Positions 1-10,053 are shown, numbered from the stretch's first letter. The stretch: DNA of 64,000 bases from Candidatus Lustribacter sp. (GCA_965277805.1 OZ255842.1:2368001-2432000); one strand, 5' to 3'. Numbers and translations: made by a program. Notes: a model not told the origin generated them from the sequence alone.

Positions 1-1
1 C

Positions 2-304
2 GACGAAGATGTCGGATTTCGCAATCAGCTTGCGCAGCAGCTCCTTGCCCTGATCATGTTTGAGATTGCAGGTAACGCTTTGTTTGTTTGCATTGAGGAG
101 CATGAAGTAGTGCGAGTCAACGCCCGGCTCGTTGCTCGAGGCCGCACGGCTCTGATCGCCGGCCGGGGGTTCGACCTTGATGACATTCGCACCGAGCCAG
201 GCCAGCGTCATCGTGCACGACGGGCCCGATTCGAACTGCGTGAGATCGCAGACCGTTATGCCGTTAAGAGCGCCAGGGCTCGTTTGTTGCGATGATGATG
301 TCAC
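2..304 (-). CDS. Class III CoA-transferase (CaiB/BaiF, formyl-CoA transferase-like), N-terminal part; runs off the window edge
   Basis: Manual translation from GTG at 304: MTSSSQQTSPGALNGITVCDLTQFESGPSCTMTLAWLGANVIKVEPPAGD...FMLLNANKQSVTCNLK...LIAKSDIFV, a typical CaiB N-terminus. A GAGAGGGG RBS lies upstream. Not in the ORF track because there is no stop in the window. Confidence 0.9.
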   Translation of the reverse strand, partial: MTSSSQQTSPGALNGITVCDLTQFESGPSCTMTLAWLGANVIKVEPPAGDQSRAASSNEPGVDSHYFMLLNANKQSVTCNLKHDQGKELLRKLIAKSDIFV

Positions 305-363
305 GATAAGATCCCCTCTCTACGTGCGCGTTTTTTCCGGACGCGGCACAGCGCACCTTTGCC

Positions 364-409
364 TTGAATTTGTCTATGGCAAATTCAAAAAATTTACCAC
401 TGTTAAATT
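364..409. promoter_or_regulatory. Tandem palindromic operator-like sites in a divergent promoter
   Basis: TTGAATTTG-N7-CAAATTCAA (364-388) and AATTTA-N7-TAAATT (391-409); both have the core AATTT-N9-AAATT. Confidence 0.6.
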
Positions 410-498
410 GGAAAACCGGCATTAGGAAAAGTCGCGTTCGCGTCAAGGTACGCAACAACGCGTAACGGAAGAGCGCTCGAACTTTCGCGGAGAATGAA

Positions 499-1464
499 GT
501 GGATTTGAAGACACGTTCGTCCTTTCTTACCGCTGCGGGCGTCGGCTTAGCCGCTGTAACTCTGCCGCATATCGCTCGCGCACAACAGGCAACCGTGCGC
601 GTCGCGGGCGCCTCCACCGACGTTTTTGCCGAGCCGTTTTATGCCGACGCATCCGGAGCATTTGCGGCGCACGGTTTCGACTTGCAGACGATGACGATCG
701 ACAACGTCGGCGCCATCGCTGCCGCAATCGGCGGCGGCAGCTTAGAAATGGGCGTCGGAGATCTTATCTCCGGCGTCAACGCAATTATCGCCGGCGTTCC
801 GATCGTGATGATTGCCGGCGGCGGCCTCTATCGCTCGCCCGCCGATCGCGCCGGCAACATCCTCGCCGTCGCCAACGCATCGCCGATCCAGTCGGCCAAA
901 GATTTCATCGGCAAATCGATCGGCGTCCCGACGCTTGTCGGCCTGACGACGGCCTGCCTCAAGGCCTGGTTGCCGGCGCACGGCGTACCGCTCTCAAGCG
1001 TGCGCCTGGCCGAGATTCCGTCGCCCACGATGGTCCCGGCATTGCAACGCGGCACGGTCGACATCGCGCTCTTGAGCGAGCCGCTCGTGACGATTTCGAA
1101 GGCGGACGTGCGAGCGGTGGGCTACCCGTTCGATGCGGCGGCCGATCATTCGCCGAGCCACGCATTCTGCTTCGGCGTTTGGTACGCGTCCAAAGCGTGG
1201 GTCGAAGCCGATCGAGATCGCGCCCGCCGGGTGGTGCAAGCGATCTACGACGGCGCGCGCTGGGCGAACGCCCACCGCGATGAAACGCTCGGCATTATGG
1301 TCGAGCGCCGGAAACTGAACGCCGAACAAGTCCGCGGGATGACGCGCGTGACGTATGCCACCTCGTTGACGCCCGACTTGATCGCGCCCGTCTTGGAGCT
1401 TGCGATGCAGCAGAACGTGTTCGCAAAGCCCGTCAACGCCGACGCGTTGATCACACGCATCTAG
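499..1464 (+). CDS. ABC transporter substrate-binding protein, NitT/TauT (SsuA/NMT1-like)
   Basis: Signal peptide (TRSSFL...ARA); PBP2-type motifs (DFIGKSIGV, ALQRGTVDIA, GARWANAH). Confidence 0.85.
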   Translation: MDLKTRSSFLTAAGVGLAAVTLPHIARAQQATVRVAGASTDVFAEPFYADASGAFAAHGFDLQTMTIDNVGAIAAAIGGGSLEMGVGDLISGVNAIIAGVPIVMIAGGGLYRSPADRAGNILAVANASPIQSAKDFIGKSIGVPTLVGLTTACLKAWLPAHGVPLSSVRLAEIPSPTMVPALQRGTVDIALLSEPLVTISKADVRAVGYPFDAAADHSPSHAFCFGVWYASKAWVEADRDRARRVVQAIYDGARWANAHRDETLGIMVERRKLNAEQVRGMTRVTYATSLTPDLIAPVLELAMQQNVFAKPVNADALITRI

Positions 1465-1482
1465 TTCGAAATGGGGAATCAC

Positions 1483-2424
1483 ATGAACCGTAGAGAGGTC
1501 CTGTTCGGGAGCGCCGCTGCGCTCGGCGCCGCGGCCGTTCCGATCCGCGGGCGCGCTGCCTTGACGCAGATTCGCGTGGCCCTGGTCGTATCCGATTCAT
1601 CCGCCCTATGCGTGTATGCGAGTGCGGGCGGATTTCTGGACAAAGGCGGTATGTCGGTCGACATCCAGTACCTCGCCAACGGTGGGGCATCGATCTCCGC
1701 TTTACTCGGCGGCGCGATCGACATCACCCCGAGCAATTCGCTCTCCGCCGTCGTGGCACAGGAGAAGGGCTTGCCGGTGAAGATCGTCGGCATGCAATCG
1801 ATCTACCGCGCCGGCCAAGCCTCGACGCTGCTCCTCGTGAATAAGGATTCCCCGCTTCAGACGGCGCGCGACCTCGAGGGGAAGACCGTTGCGATCAGCA
1901 GCTTGCTGAGCAACACCCACATCTCGGTCATGCGTTGGATCGATAAAAGCGGCGGAAACTCAAAAAACGTCAAATATATCGAGCTCGGCTTCCCCGCGAT
2001 GCCGGCCGCGCTGCAGGCAAAGCGCGTGGACGCCATCATGGTCGCCGAGCCGAGCCTCACCGCTTCGCTCGGCTTCGCCCGCGTGTTCGCCGACGCGTAC
2101 GGCTCCTACGGACCGTCGTGGCTGCAAGATTGCTTCGTCTCGACCGACACCTGGATCAATGCGCATCCCGCCGAGACGAAGGCGTTCTGCGACGCCATGC
2201 TCGCAGCCGCCGTGTGGGCGAATCACAATCACGAAAGGACCGCGCCGATCCTCGCCAAGGCCCTAACGATGGATCAGCACATCATCGACGGAATGCACCG
2301 GGCGGTGTTCGCGGAAAAAGTGACGCCGCAGTTGATGCAGCCGGTCATCGACGCCGGCATCGAGTACGGCGCGTTGAGCAAGCCGCATTCGCCCGCGGAC
2401 GTGTTCGCCCGCCAGGTGCTCTGA
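1483..2424 (+). CDS. ABC transporter substrate-binding protein, NitT/TauT (SsuA-like), Tat signal
   Basis: MNRREVL Tat motif; DLEGKTVAI, ALQAKRVDA, AVWANHN; paralog of the upstream gene. Confidence 0.85.
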   Translation: MNRREVLFGSAAALGAAAVPIRGRAALTQIRVALVVSDSSALCVYASAGGFLDKGGMSVDIQYLANGGASISALLGGAIDITPSNSLSAVVAQEKGLPVKIVGMQSIYRAGQASTLLLVNKDSPLQTARDLEGKTVAISSLLSNTHISVMRWIDKSGGNSKNVKYIELGFPAMPAALQAKRVDAIMVAEPSLTASLGFARVFADAYGSYGPSWLQDCFVSTDTWINAHPAETKAFCDAMLAAAVWANHNHERTAPILAKALTMDQHIIDGMHRAVFAEKVTPQLMQPVIDAGIEYGALSKPHSPADVFARQVL

Positions 2425-2427
2425 GGG

Positions 2428-3885
2428 CTAGAGCGTGATGTTGATATTCTTGAGCTGGGTGAAGTCGTACAGCTCATCGATCGACTCTTCGCGTCCGATT
2501 CCGGAGAGTTTGTAGCCTCCAAAGGGAGCGCCGATGAAGTGCGCCGCGGCGTTGTTGACCCAGACGAAACCGGATTGGACGCGAGCGGCGGCACGGTGTG
2601 CGGTGCGCAAGTCGCGGGTGAAGATGGCGGCGGTTAAACCGTACTCGACCGAATTGACGTCGGCGAGCATCCGCTCTTCGTCGGACCAGCGCAAGATGGA
2701 GAGAACCGGACCGAAGATTTCCTCGGCCGCGATGCGCATGGACATCGTGACGTCGGCGAAGATCGTCGGTTCTACGAAGAAGCCCTTCGCCAGCTCCGGA
2801 TCGCTCGGAACGTTGCCGCCGGTGACGAGGCGTGCGCCTTGTTCTTTGCCCGATGTGATGAATCCGAGGATCTTCTCCCACTGCTCGCGCGAGACGATCG
2901 CGCCCATCGTCGTGGCGGGATCCGTCGGGATGCCCGGCCGGTACGATTGCGCCGCCGCAGCGATGCCGTCGATCACGCGCTCGTAGAGCGCTTCGTGCAC
3001 GAAGACGCGTGAGGTCGAGCCGCACGATTGTCCGCACCAGGTAAAGTTCATGCCCTTGACTGCGCCCGCGATCGCAGCGTCGACATCGGCATCCGGATAG
3101 ATGATGAGCGCGTTCTTGCCGCCGAGCTCGAGCACGACGTGCTTGAGGCGATCCGCAGCGGCTTTGGCGATCGCGCGTCCGGTCGGGACGCTGCCGATCA
3201 GCGTAACCACCGGCACGAGCGGATGGACGGTTAGCGCCTCGCCCGATTCGCGGCCGCCGGTCACGATGTTCAGCACGCCGGGCGGGACGATGCCCTCGAG
3301 CAGTTCCATCAAGCGGTACGCGGAGAGCGGTGCCTGCGGCGGCGGTTTCATGATGACCGTGTTGCCGGCGGCCAGCGGCGCGCCGAACTTTCCCGCCGTG
3401 AACATCAGCGGGTGATTGTAGGCTACGATGCGCGCCACGACGCCGTACGGCTCGCGCACGGTCATGTTCACGACATCCTCGCCCATCGGAATCGTCTCGC
3501 CTTTGAGCTCGGTGACGAGGCCGGCGAAGAACTCCAATTGCGCGGCTGCGGCGTGCGCATCGTTTGCCATTTCGCTGACCGGGTTGCCGCAATTGAGCGC
3601 GTCGAGATAAGCGAACTCGCTCGCGTTCTCTCGCAGCACCACGGCGATGCGCCGTAAAATGGCGGCACGATCGAGCGGCTTCGTTTTGCGCCAGCTAGGC
3701 CAGGCTCGATGCGCCGCGGCGACGGCCGCTTCGACATCCTGTGTATTCGCGTCCGCGGCGTGCCCGAGCGAGGCTCCCGTGGCCGGATCGAACGTTTCGC
3801 TATATCCGCCTAGCGGCGCATGCCACGCTCCCCCGTAGTAGAGGTCGCGATGCACTGGCAATGCGACGGTCGCCGTCGCGGTCAT
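2428..3885 (-). CDS. Aldehyde dehydrogenase (aromatic/betaine aldehyde type)
   Basis: LELGGKN, GQSCGS catalytic Cys, EEIFGPV, PFGGYKLSGIGRE. True start MTATAT at 3885 overlaps the upstream stop (ATGA). Confidence 0.92.
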   Translation of the reverse strand: MTATATVALPVHRDLYYGGAWHAPLGGYSETFDPATGASLGHAADANTQDVEAAVAAAHRAWPSWRKTKPLDRAAILRRIAVVLRENASEFAYLDALNCGNPVSEMANDAHAAAAQLEFFAGLVTELKGETIPMGEDVVNMTVREPYGVVARIVAYNHPLMFTAGKFGAPLAAGNTVIMKPPPQAPLSAYRLMELLEGIVPPGVLNIVTGGRESGEALTVHPLVPVVTLIGSVPTGRAIAKAAADRLKHVVLELGGKNALIIYPDADVDAAIAGAVKGMNFTWCGQSCGSTSRVFVHEALYERVIDGIAAAAQSYRPGIPTDPATTMGAIVSREQWEKILGFITSGKEQGARLVTGGNVPSDPELAKGFFVEPTIFADVTMSMRIAAEEIFGPVLSILRWSDEERMLADVNSVEYGLTAAIFTRDLRTAHRAAARVQSGFVWVNNAAAHFIGAPFGGYKLSGIGREESIDELYDFTQLKNINITL

Positions 3886-5312
3886 GCGTACACCACCGTC
3901 TTTGCAACGGTATAGTCGATCGCGTCGTCGCTGCCGAAGCCGCTTTCCTTGACGCCCCCGAACGGCGTCTCGGGCCGGCCTAGACCGAAGCCGTTGATGC
4001 TGAGCATTCCGACCTCGAGCTTTTCCGCGACGCGATGCGCGGTCGAGATCGATTCGGTGAAGGCGTAACCGGCAAGGCCGAACGGCAGGCGGTTTGCTTC
4101 GGCGATCACCTCGTCGAAGGACTCGAAGGACGTCAGCACGGCGACGGGACCGAATGGCTCTTCGTTCATGATCGCGGCGTGCGGCGGAACATCGGCGAGT
4201 ACGGTCGGCTCGAAAAAGTATCCATCGCCGGCGATCCGTTTGCCGCCGGTCACGAGCCGGGCGCCGTTGGCGACCGCATCGAAGATCAGCCGTTCCATCG
4301 CATCGACGCGCCGCGCGTTCGCCAGCGGTCCGACGTCGGTCGCCGCATTGAAGCCGTCGCCGACGTGCAGACCGGCGACGACGCTGGCCATACGCTCGAC
4401 GAACGCAGCGTAGATGTTGCGATGCACGAAAAACCGCGTCGGCGAGATGCAGACTTGGCCGACGTTGCGCATCTTGTTCATGGCGCACATTTCGGCGGCG
4501 TTCTCGACGTCGGCATCGGCGAAAACGATCACGGGGGCGTGGCCGCCGAGCTCCATCGTGGTCGCTTTCACGCCGTCCGCGGCAAGGCGTTCGAGCGCTT
4601 TGCCGACGACGGTCGATCCGGTGAACGACACCTTGCGCACAACCGGTGACGCGATGAGGTGGGCCGATATCTTGCTCGGCACGCCGTACACGATTTGCAA
4701 CGCGTCCGCGGGGACGCCGCCGTCGATGAGCGCTTCGGCCAGCAGCAGCGCCGTCATCGGCGTCTCCTCGGCCGGTTTGACGATCATCGAGTTACCGGCT
4801 CCGAGGCCCGCGCCCATCTTGCGCGCCGGCAGCACGCCGGGAAAATTCCAGGGCGTGAATGCCACCACCGGGCCGAACGGCTGCCGGATCACGTACGCGC
4901 GTCCGTCGGCGCTGCGCGGCGGAACGACGCGGCCGTACAGCCGGCGGCCCTCTTCGGCCGACCACTCGATGTGCTCCGCGCAGCCGAGAATCTCCATCAG
5001 GCTGTCGCGATAGCGTTTGCCCCCTTCGAGCGTCTGCTGCGTTGCGATTGCTTCGGCACGTTCGCGAATGAGCGTGGCGCCTTGGCGCATGATTCCGCAG
5101 CGATCGAACGCCGTCAGCGCGCTCCAGCGTTCGAAGCCGCGCACCGACGCAGCGAGGGCGCGGTCGAGGTCGTCCGTCGACGCGATCGGCAGGCGCCCAA
5201 TTTCGAGTCCGGTCGATGGGTTGACCACCGGCAGCCACGGCCGGTCGTCGGCCGTGATTCGGTCACCGGCAATCAGCAGATACGGGTTCTGATATCGCGT
5301 TGCGGTAAGCAT
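3882..5312 (-). CDS. NAD-dependent succinate/alpha-ketoglutarate semialdehyde dehydrogenase-like ALDH
   Basis: FTPWNFP, FTGST, MELGGHAP, GQVCISP, EEPFGP, PFGGVKESG. Confidence 0.9.
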   Translation of the reverse strand: MLTATRYQNPYLLIAGDRITADDRPWLPVVNPSTGLEIGRLPIASTDDLDRALAASVRGFERWSALTAFDRCGIMRQGATLIRERAEAIATQQTLEGGKRYRDSLMEILGCAEHIEWSAEEGRRLYGRVVPPRSADGRAYVIRQPFGPVVAFTPWNFPGVLPARKMGAGLGAGNSMIVKPAEETPMTALLLAEALIDGGVPADALQIVYGVPSKISAHLIASPVVRKVSFTGSTVVGKALERLAADGVKATTMELGGHAPVIVFADADVENAAEMCAMNKMRNVGQVCISPTRFFVHRNIYAAFVERMASVVAGLHVGDGFNAATDVGPLANARRVDAMERLIFDAVANGARLVTGGKRIAGDGYFFEPTVLADVPPHAAIMNEEPFGPVAVLTSFESFDEVIAEANRLPFGLAGYAFTESISTAHRVAEKLEVGMLSINGFGLGRPETPFGGVKESGFGSDDAIDYTVAKTVVYA

Positions 5313-5328
5313 GGGTCCTTCGGTTCAA

Positions 5329-6003
5329 TCAGTGCTTGTGATCGTGGTCGTGGTCGTGGCTGTGTCCCGGATCGTAATTCTGCATGTGGCGGTTATCGGA
5401 GTGCGCCTGATGATCGTGCTCGTGCTCGAGCGGCGGCAGCAACGTTCCGTCGTTGGACGGCATCGCGCCCCACTTGCGCTTGGCGTGCATCACTTCTTCA
5501 AACGAGAGCTTCCGATGCTCGCCCGCCGGCAGCGTGTACTCTGCAGCGGGACTGCTCAGCGCTTCGAAGTACTTCTCGAAGCCCCCGGGCGTGGTGATGA
5601 GCAAGAACTTCGCGGTCTCGGACGTAACGCGAAATTCGTGCCGCGTTGAGTGCGGAACGTACACGAATCCGCCGGCCTTGACGCCAGTCCAAACCGTCTC
5701 GCCGATGCAGAAATCCATCTCACCGGCAAGCACGTAAAACGCTTCGGTCGTATTCGAGTGCGTGTGTCCCGGGGCCGCAAAGCCCTGCGGTGCGAGCTGC
5801 TCGACAATCGTGAACTGGTTGTCCGTATCGAGCGCGCGCGCTTTGAGCGTAAAGAGCGCCTCCATGAACCAGAGCGCCGGCCCTTCACCGGAGTTGAGGA
5901 CGTAACCGGGCGCGAGCCCTTCCGGCGATCCGATTGCGTGCTGCGTCGCAACGGGTTCGTCCGGTTCGATCTTCACGGGTGGTTTCAAGAATGAAAGAGT
6001 CAT
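5329..6003 (-). CDS. Cupin protein, quercetin 2,3-dioxygenase-like, with His-rich C-terminal tail
   Basis: PGHTHSNTTEAFYVLAGE and YVPHSTRHEF cupin motifs; PGGFEKYF. Confidence 0.8.
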   Translation of the reverse strand: MTLSFLKPPVKIEPDEPVATQHAIGSPEGLAPGYVLNSGEGPALWFMEALFTLKARALDTDNQFTIVEQLAPQGFAAPGHTHSNTTEAFYVLAGEMDFCIGETVWTGVKAGGFVYVPHSTRHEFRVTSETAKFLLITTPGGFEKYFEALSSPAAEYTLPAGEHRKLSFEEVMHAKRKWGAMPSNDGTLLPPLEHEHDHQAHSDNRHMQNYDPGHSHDHDHDHKH

Positions 6004-6014
6004 GATCGTACTCC

Positions 6015-7136
6015 TTACGCTCCCGGCGTCGCGTCGATGAGGCCGTCTTCGGCCAGTGTCTTCTGGGTGATGTTCAAGGCGCCGAATGCGCGCGGCAGTC
6101 CGGTATAGAGTGCCAGATGTTCGTAGAGCTCCTGAAGCTCGCCGATCTTGAGTCCGTGCCGCAAGCCTGCACGCACGTGTACCGGAATCTCGTGCTCGGC
6201 GCCGATCGACACCAGCACGGCGATCGTGGCGAGCGAACGATCGCGCCGGCTGAGACCGTCACGCGTCCACACCTCGCCCCAGCAATAGCGCGTCAGGAAA
6301 TCCTGGAACGGCCGCGTGAACTCGGTGAAGTTTGCAATCGTCTTGTCGATGTGGGCATCCCCGAGCGCCTGGCGCCGGCTAACGTAGCCGATTTCGAGCG
6401 TGGCCGCCGATCCGAAGTGATTGAGCAGCAGCTTCGAGAGCTGCGCCGGCGCTTCGAGCGCCACGAGGTGGGCCGCCTTCGGAATGCGCGCCAGCTTCGC
6501 TTGCGGAAGCGCAGCCGTCAGTTCGTCGAGCAACGCCGACGTGACCGTTGCATCGTCGCTTCCGGCAACCACGAGAACGTTGGCCGCGATGCGGCCCAAA
6601 TCCGGGCCGAGATCAGCATCGGCGCCGGCATCGCACGCTTGCGCGAGTTCTTCCGCCGATGCGCCCGCGAGCGTCGCCGTGACCCGCGCCGCCAGTCCGG
6701 CATCGCGCGCGATGAGTTCCGGCGTGAGCCACTCGGCAACGATCGCTTTGCGAACGGCATCACCGCTACCCGCGCGCAGCTGTGTGGCGCGCGCTTTCCA
6801 AGCGCTCGCGTCTTTGCTGCGCGCACCGGTACCGATGACCGCCAGGCGCGACACCCGATCCGGATGATGCACCGCCAGCCAGAGCGCGACGAGACCGCCG
6901 AAACCCGCACCCGCGATGTGCGCACGCCGTACGCCCGCGGTATCGAGCGCAGCGATGACTTCTTGCCCGGCGTGTTCGAGCGAGCCGGATACCTTCGGCC
7001 GGATCACGCGGAACTGTTCGGAGAACGGTCCGACGATCGGATCCCAGCTGGCCGGCCCGGCCCCGATCGAATCGAGCAGCACGAGCGCCTGCGCGCCGAT
7101 CGGACCTTCAGTAAGAGTTGCGGGACTAGTGCTCAT
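6015..7136 (-). CDS. Alpha/beta hydrolase + carboxymuconolactone decarboxylase fusion (PcaD-PcaC/PcaL-like); hydrolase nucleophile degenerate
   Basis: N-terminal PcaD-like fold (HPDRVSRLAV, AAHL); C-terminal CMD domain FQDFLTRYCWGEVWTRDGLSRRDRSLATIA. Confidence 0.85.
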   Translation of the reverse strand: MSTSPATLTEGPIGAQALVLLDSIGAGPASWDPIVGPFSEQFRVIRPKVSGSLEHAGQEVIAALDTAGVRRAHIAGAGFGGLVALWLAVHHPDRVSRLAVIGTGARSKDASAWKARATQLRAGSGDAVRKAIVAEWLTPELIARDAGLAARVTATLAGASAEELAQACDAGADADLGPDLGRIAANVLVVAGSDDATVTSALLDELTAALPQAKLARIPKAAHLVALEAPAQLSKLLLNHFGSAATLEIGYVSRRQALGDAHIDKTIANFTEFTRPFQDFLTRYCWGEVWTRDGLSRRDRSLATIAVLVSIGAEHEIPVHVRAGLRHGLKIGELQELYEHLALYTGLPRAFGALNITQKTLAEDGLIDATPGA

Positions 7137-7156
7137 GAGAACCTCCGGAATGCGGG

Positions 7157-8371
7157 CTACTGCGAGTTACTGGGTTTGGAGACGGCTACGAAGTCCTTGC
7201 GCGCTTGATCCCACTTGGCGATCAACGTCGCGTTGAGGCCCAGGCCGCGTTGCGAGCCGTCGCGGAAATCATACACGCCGTTGATGCCGATGAAACTGTG
7301 GAGCTTCGTAATATAGCCGCGCGCATCGTCCGCAGTGCCGTTGGGGCCGATGTGCCGCAGCGCATCGACGAGGATCATCGCCGGACCCCAGACTTGCGCG
7401 TACGAGAGGTCGGCACGGATGCCGCGCGCAGCCAGCGCTTTCTGATAGACGACCTGCGCGTCATGGATCGGCCCGGCGCCGGCACCGTTGGTCACGAGCG
7501 AGCGCATCGCGGGGAAGTACAGTTGCGAGGGCAGCGAGGACGCGAACTGATTCATCTGCGCATAGGTCATGTTACCGCTGCCGGCCAGAATCGGCAGATC
7601 GAAGCCGGCGTCGCGCATGCTACGCAGCACCGTGCCGAGCGGCGTTCCGACGGTCCAGGCGATCACCGCTTGCGGATTCGAAGCGCGGATCTTGGCCAAC
7701 TGACCCGACACCGCGATGTCGCTGACGCTGAACGACTCACGGTCGACGAGCTTGAGGCTTTGGTTCTTCGGCAGCGCGAAGGCCCGGTCGAAGGCGCGAT
7801 CCATCGTTTGACCCGCGGCATCCTGCGTGCTCAGCATTGCGATACGCGTCCAGCCCTGTTCGCGGAAGTAGCGCAGCGATGCGACGGCCTGATCGAACGA
7901 GCTGACGTCGGCAACGAATCCGAAGCCGTTGGCCGCCGGCTCGAAAATCGGCGCGATGCAATACATGACCGGCCCCTTTTTCAAGAGCGGATAGACGGCG
8001 TTACAGCCGGCGATGATTTCCGGCCCCAGCATGACCGGAGCGTTAGCGGCGATCAGTTTGCTCGCGAGCTGTACGCTCACTTGCGGGTTGGACTGATCGT
8101 CGGAGACGGTGAAGGCAACCGGCCTGCCGTTAATGCCGCCCTCCTTGTTCACGACGCCTTCGAGCGCTTCGAGCGCCTTCGCGTTGGCTTGGCCCAGAAA
8201 CGCGAGGTACCCCGTCATCGAGAGGACGACCGGAATCTCAACCGGCGCGCCGCTAACGGCCGGTGCCGCCGAAAGCCGAACGGCAGACGCGGGGCCCAAC
8301 GTTGCCGCGAGCAGCGCGGCGATGAAAACACATCGGACAAAACGGTTGATCATGAGCGGGTTCCTCGTCAT
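7157..8371 (-). CDS. ABC substrate-binding protein, LivJ/PBP1 type (aromatic-ligand-like)
   Basis: Signal peptide; GGINGRPV..DDQSNP; GINGVYDF. Alternative start at 8353. Confidence 0.88.
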   Translation of the reverse strand: MTRNPLMINRFVRCVFIAALLAATLGPASAVRLSAAPAVSGAPVEIPVVLSMTGYLAFLGQANAKALEALEGVVNKEGGINGRPVAFTVSDDQSNPQVSVQLASKLIAANAPVMLGPEIIAGCNAVYPLLKKGPVMYCIAPIFEPAANGFGFVADVSSFDQAVASLRYFREQGWTRIAMLSTQDAAGQTMDRAFDRAFALPKNQSLKLVDRESFSVSDIAVSGQLAKIRASNPQAVIAWTVGTPLGTVLRSMRDAGFDLPILAGSGNMTYAQMNQFASSLPSQLYFPAMRSLVTNGAGAGPIHDAQVVYQKALAARGIRADLSYAQVWGPAMILVDALRHIGPNGTADDARGYITKLHSFIGINGVYDFRDGSQRGLGLNATLIAKWDQARKDFVAVSKPSNSQ

Positions 8372-8455
8372 TACTATTCAGTTACTGTATCGTTAAGTAT
8401 CTAATCTATTACGGTACGCCAAGACGGGGCGCGCTTGCGCGCGACCTCGGGGTGT

Positions 8456-9574
8456 TCAGACGGTCAGGGTCTGGACCGTGTGCTCGCCGAGCTGCGGCGG
8501 CGGATTGGCGGGCGTGATGCGCGCGCCGTCCACGTGTAGCGGCGAGTGTACCATCGTGAGCGATTCGCCCCCGGTACCCGTTACCGTGAACATCGTCGAC
8601 AAGGCCTGAACTTGGGGATCGTTCATCGCATCGACGATGTCGTTGACGGCCGCGTTGGGAACGTCGGCTGCATCGAGCAGATCCACCCATGCGGCAAGCG
8701 GGCGCTGGATAAAGTACGCGGCCAGCAAACGGTTGAGTTCGGCATAATTCGTCAGGCGGTCCATTCGGGTTGCGAAGCGGAGATCGCTCGCGAGCTCGTT
8801 CGCTTCGATGGCCTTCGTCATCGCGATCCAAAATTTTTCGAGCGACGAGAGGTGGATCGCGATCATGCCGCCGTCGGCACACCGGAAGACGAAGGACTGC
8901 GAGGATGCTGCACGCGATTGCGGCGTGGGCCGCACGTTCAGCTGCGTGGCGAGCGAAAACGCGTCGGGAACGAACGCCATCGACGATTCCAGCATGTTGA
9001 TTTCGAGCCGCCGGCCCGTGCCGGTGCGTTCGCGTTCGTAGAGTGCGCCGAGGATGCCGAGAGCAGCGTACATGCCGGTGACGTTATCGGAGATCGTCGG
9101 TCCGACCACGCGCGGGTCCGCTGGGTCAAAGAACAGGCTGCCGAGCCCGCTGATCGCTTGCGCGACCGCATCGAACGCAGGGCGGTCGCGCTTTGGGCCG
9201 ACGGCGCCGAATCCCGTAATCGAACAATGGATGAGGCGCGGAAAGCGCGCGCGCAGGGCTTCCGGTGCGAGGCCCAACCGCGGGAGAACGCTCGGGCGCA
9301 AGTTGTCGATCAGCACGTCGGCATCGGCGAGCAATGATTCCAGCGACTCGCGGCCGGTTTCGGCAGAAAGATCGATGACGACGCTGCGCTTGTTGCGGTT
9401 GTAGGCGATGAACTGCGGGCTGTACGAACCGCCGCGAAACGCCCGGAACGGATCGCCCTCAGGCCGCTCCACTTTGACGACGTCCGCGCCGAAATCAGCC
9501 AGCAGCATCGCGGCAAGGGGCGCCGTGATGGTGGTCCCGATCTCAATGATGCGTACGCCGGAAAGCAAACTCAT
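8456..9574 (-). CDS. Class III CoA-transferase (CaiB/BaiF)
   Basis: LADFGADVVKVERPEGDPFR, NRNKRSVVIDL, PAFD catalytic Asp region, PPQLGEHT. Confidence 0.92.
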   Translation of the reverse strand: MSLLSGVRIIEIGTTITAPLAAMLLADFGADVVKVERPEGDPFRAFRGGSYSPQFIAYNRNKRSVVIDLSAETGRESLESLLADADVLIDNLRPSVLPRLGLAPEALRARFPRLIHCSITGFGAVGPKRDRPAFDAVAQAISGLGSLFFDPADPRVVGPTISDNVTGMYAALGILGALYERERTGTGRRLEINMLESSMAFVPDAFSLATQLNVRPTPQSRAASSQSFVFRCADGGMIAIHLSSLEKFWIAMTKAIEANELASDLRFATRMDRLTNYAELNRLLAAYFIQRPLAAWVDLLDAADVPNAAVNDIVDAMNDPQVQALSTMFTVTGTGGESLTMVHSPLHVDGARITPANPPPQLGEHTVQTLTV

Positions 9575-10053
9575 GCTTCTTCAGCGACCTCAAAATACGC
9601 CGATTCGAGATTCTCGCGAACGCGCGTGAGCGAAGCGCGCAGCTGGGCGATTTCCGCCGGCTTGAGGCCCTTGAGCGCCGCCGTCGACACATCGAAGGCA
9701 AAGCTCAGCAGTGTCGACTGCATCGTCTGTCCCTTGGGGGTGGGGACGATCCAGACGACGCGCCGGTCGACGGTGTCGCGCACGCGCTTGATGAAGCCGC
9801 GCTTTTCCAGCGAGTCGACCGTCGCGACGGTTGCCGGGGGCGTGGTCCCGAGACGTTCGGCCAGCTCCACTTGGTTGAGGCGCTCACCGTCGCCGAGTTG
9901 GCGCAGCAGCAAGTACTGGGTCAACGTAATACCATGACGGTCGAAGTGCAGCTTGAGCGCCCGGAGCAGAAGGCGCGACGACTCACGCAGCTCGTTGCCG
10001 AAAAGAAGATCGGACTCATCGGGTACACCGCGCGGCGCCTTGAGCTTTTTCAT
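9571..10053 (-). CDS. MarR family transcriptional regulator
   Basis: wHTH (QVELAERLG..VDSLEKRGFIKR..DRR). Confidence 0.9.
   Translation of the reverse strand: MKKLKAPRGVPDESDLLFGNELRESSRLLLRALKLHFDRHGITLTQYLLLRQLGDGERLNQVELAERLGTTPPATVATVDSLEKRGFIKRVRDTVDRRVVWIVPTPKGQTMQSTLLSFAFDVSTAALKGLKPAEIAQLRASLTRVRENLESAYFEVAEEA

Noticed and set aside
3886-4488. N-terminal extension of the 686-aa ALDH ORF
   Set aside because: It is an Arg-rich off-frame overlap with the upstream ALDH; the real start is 3885.
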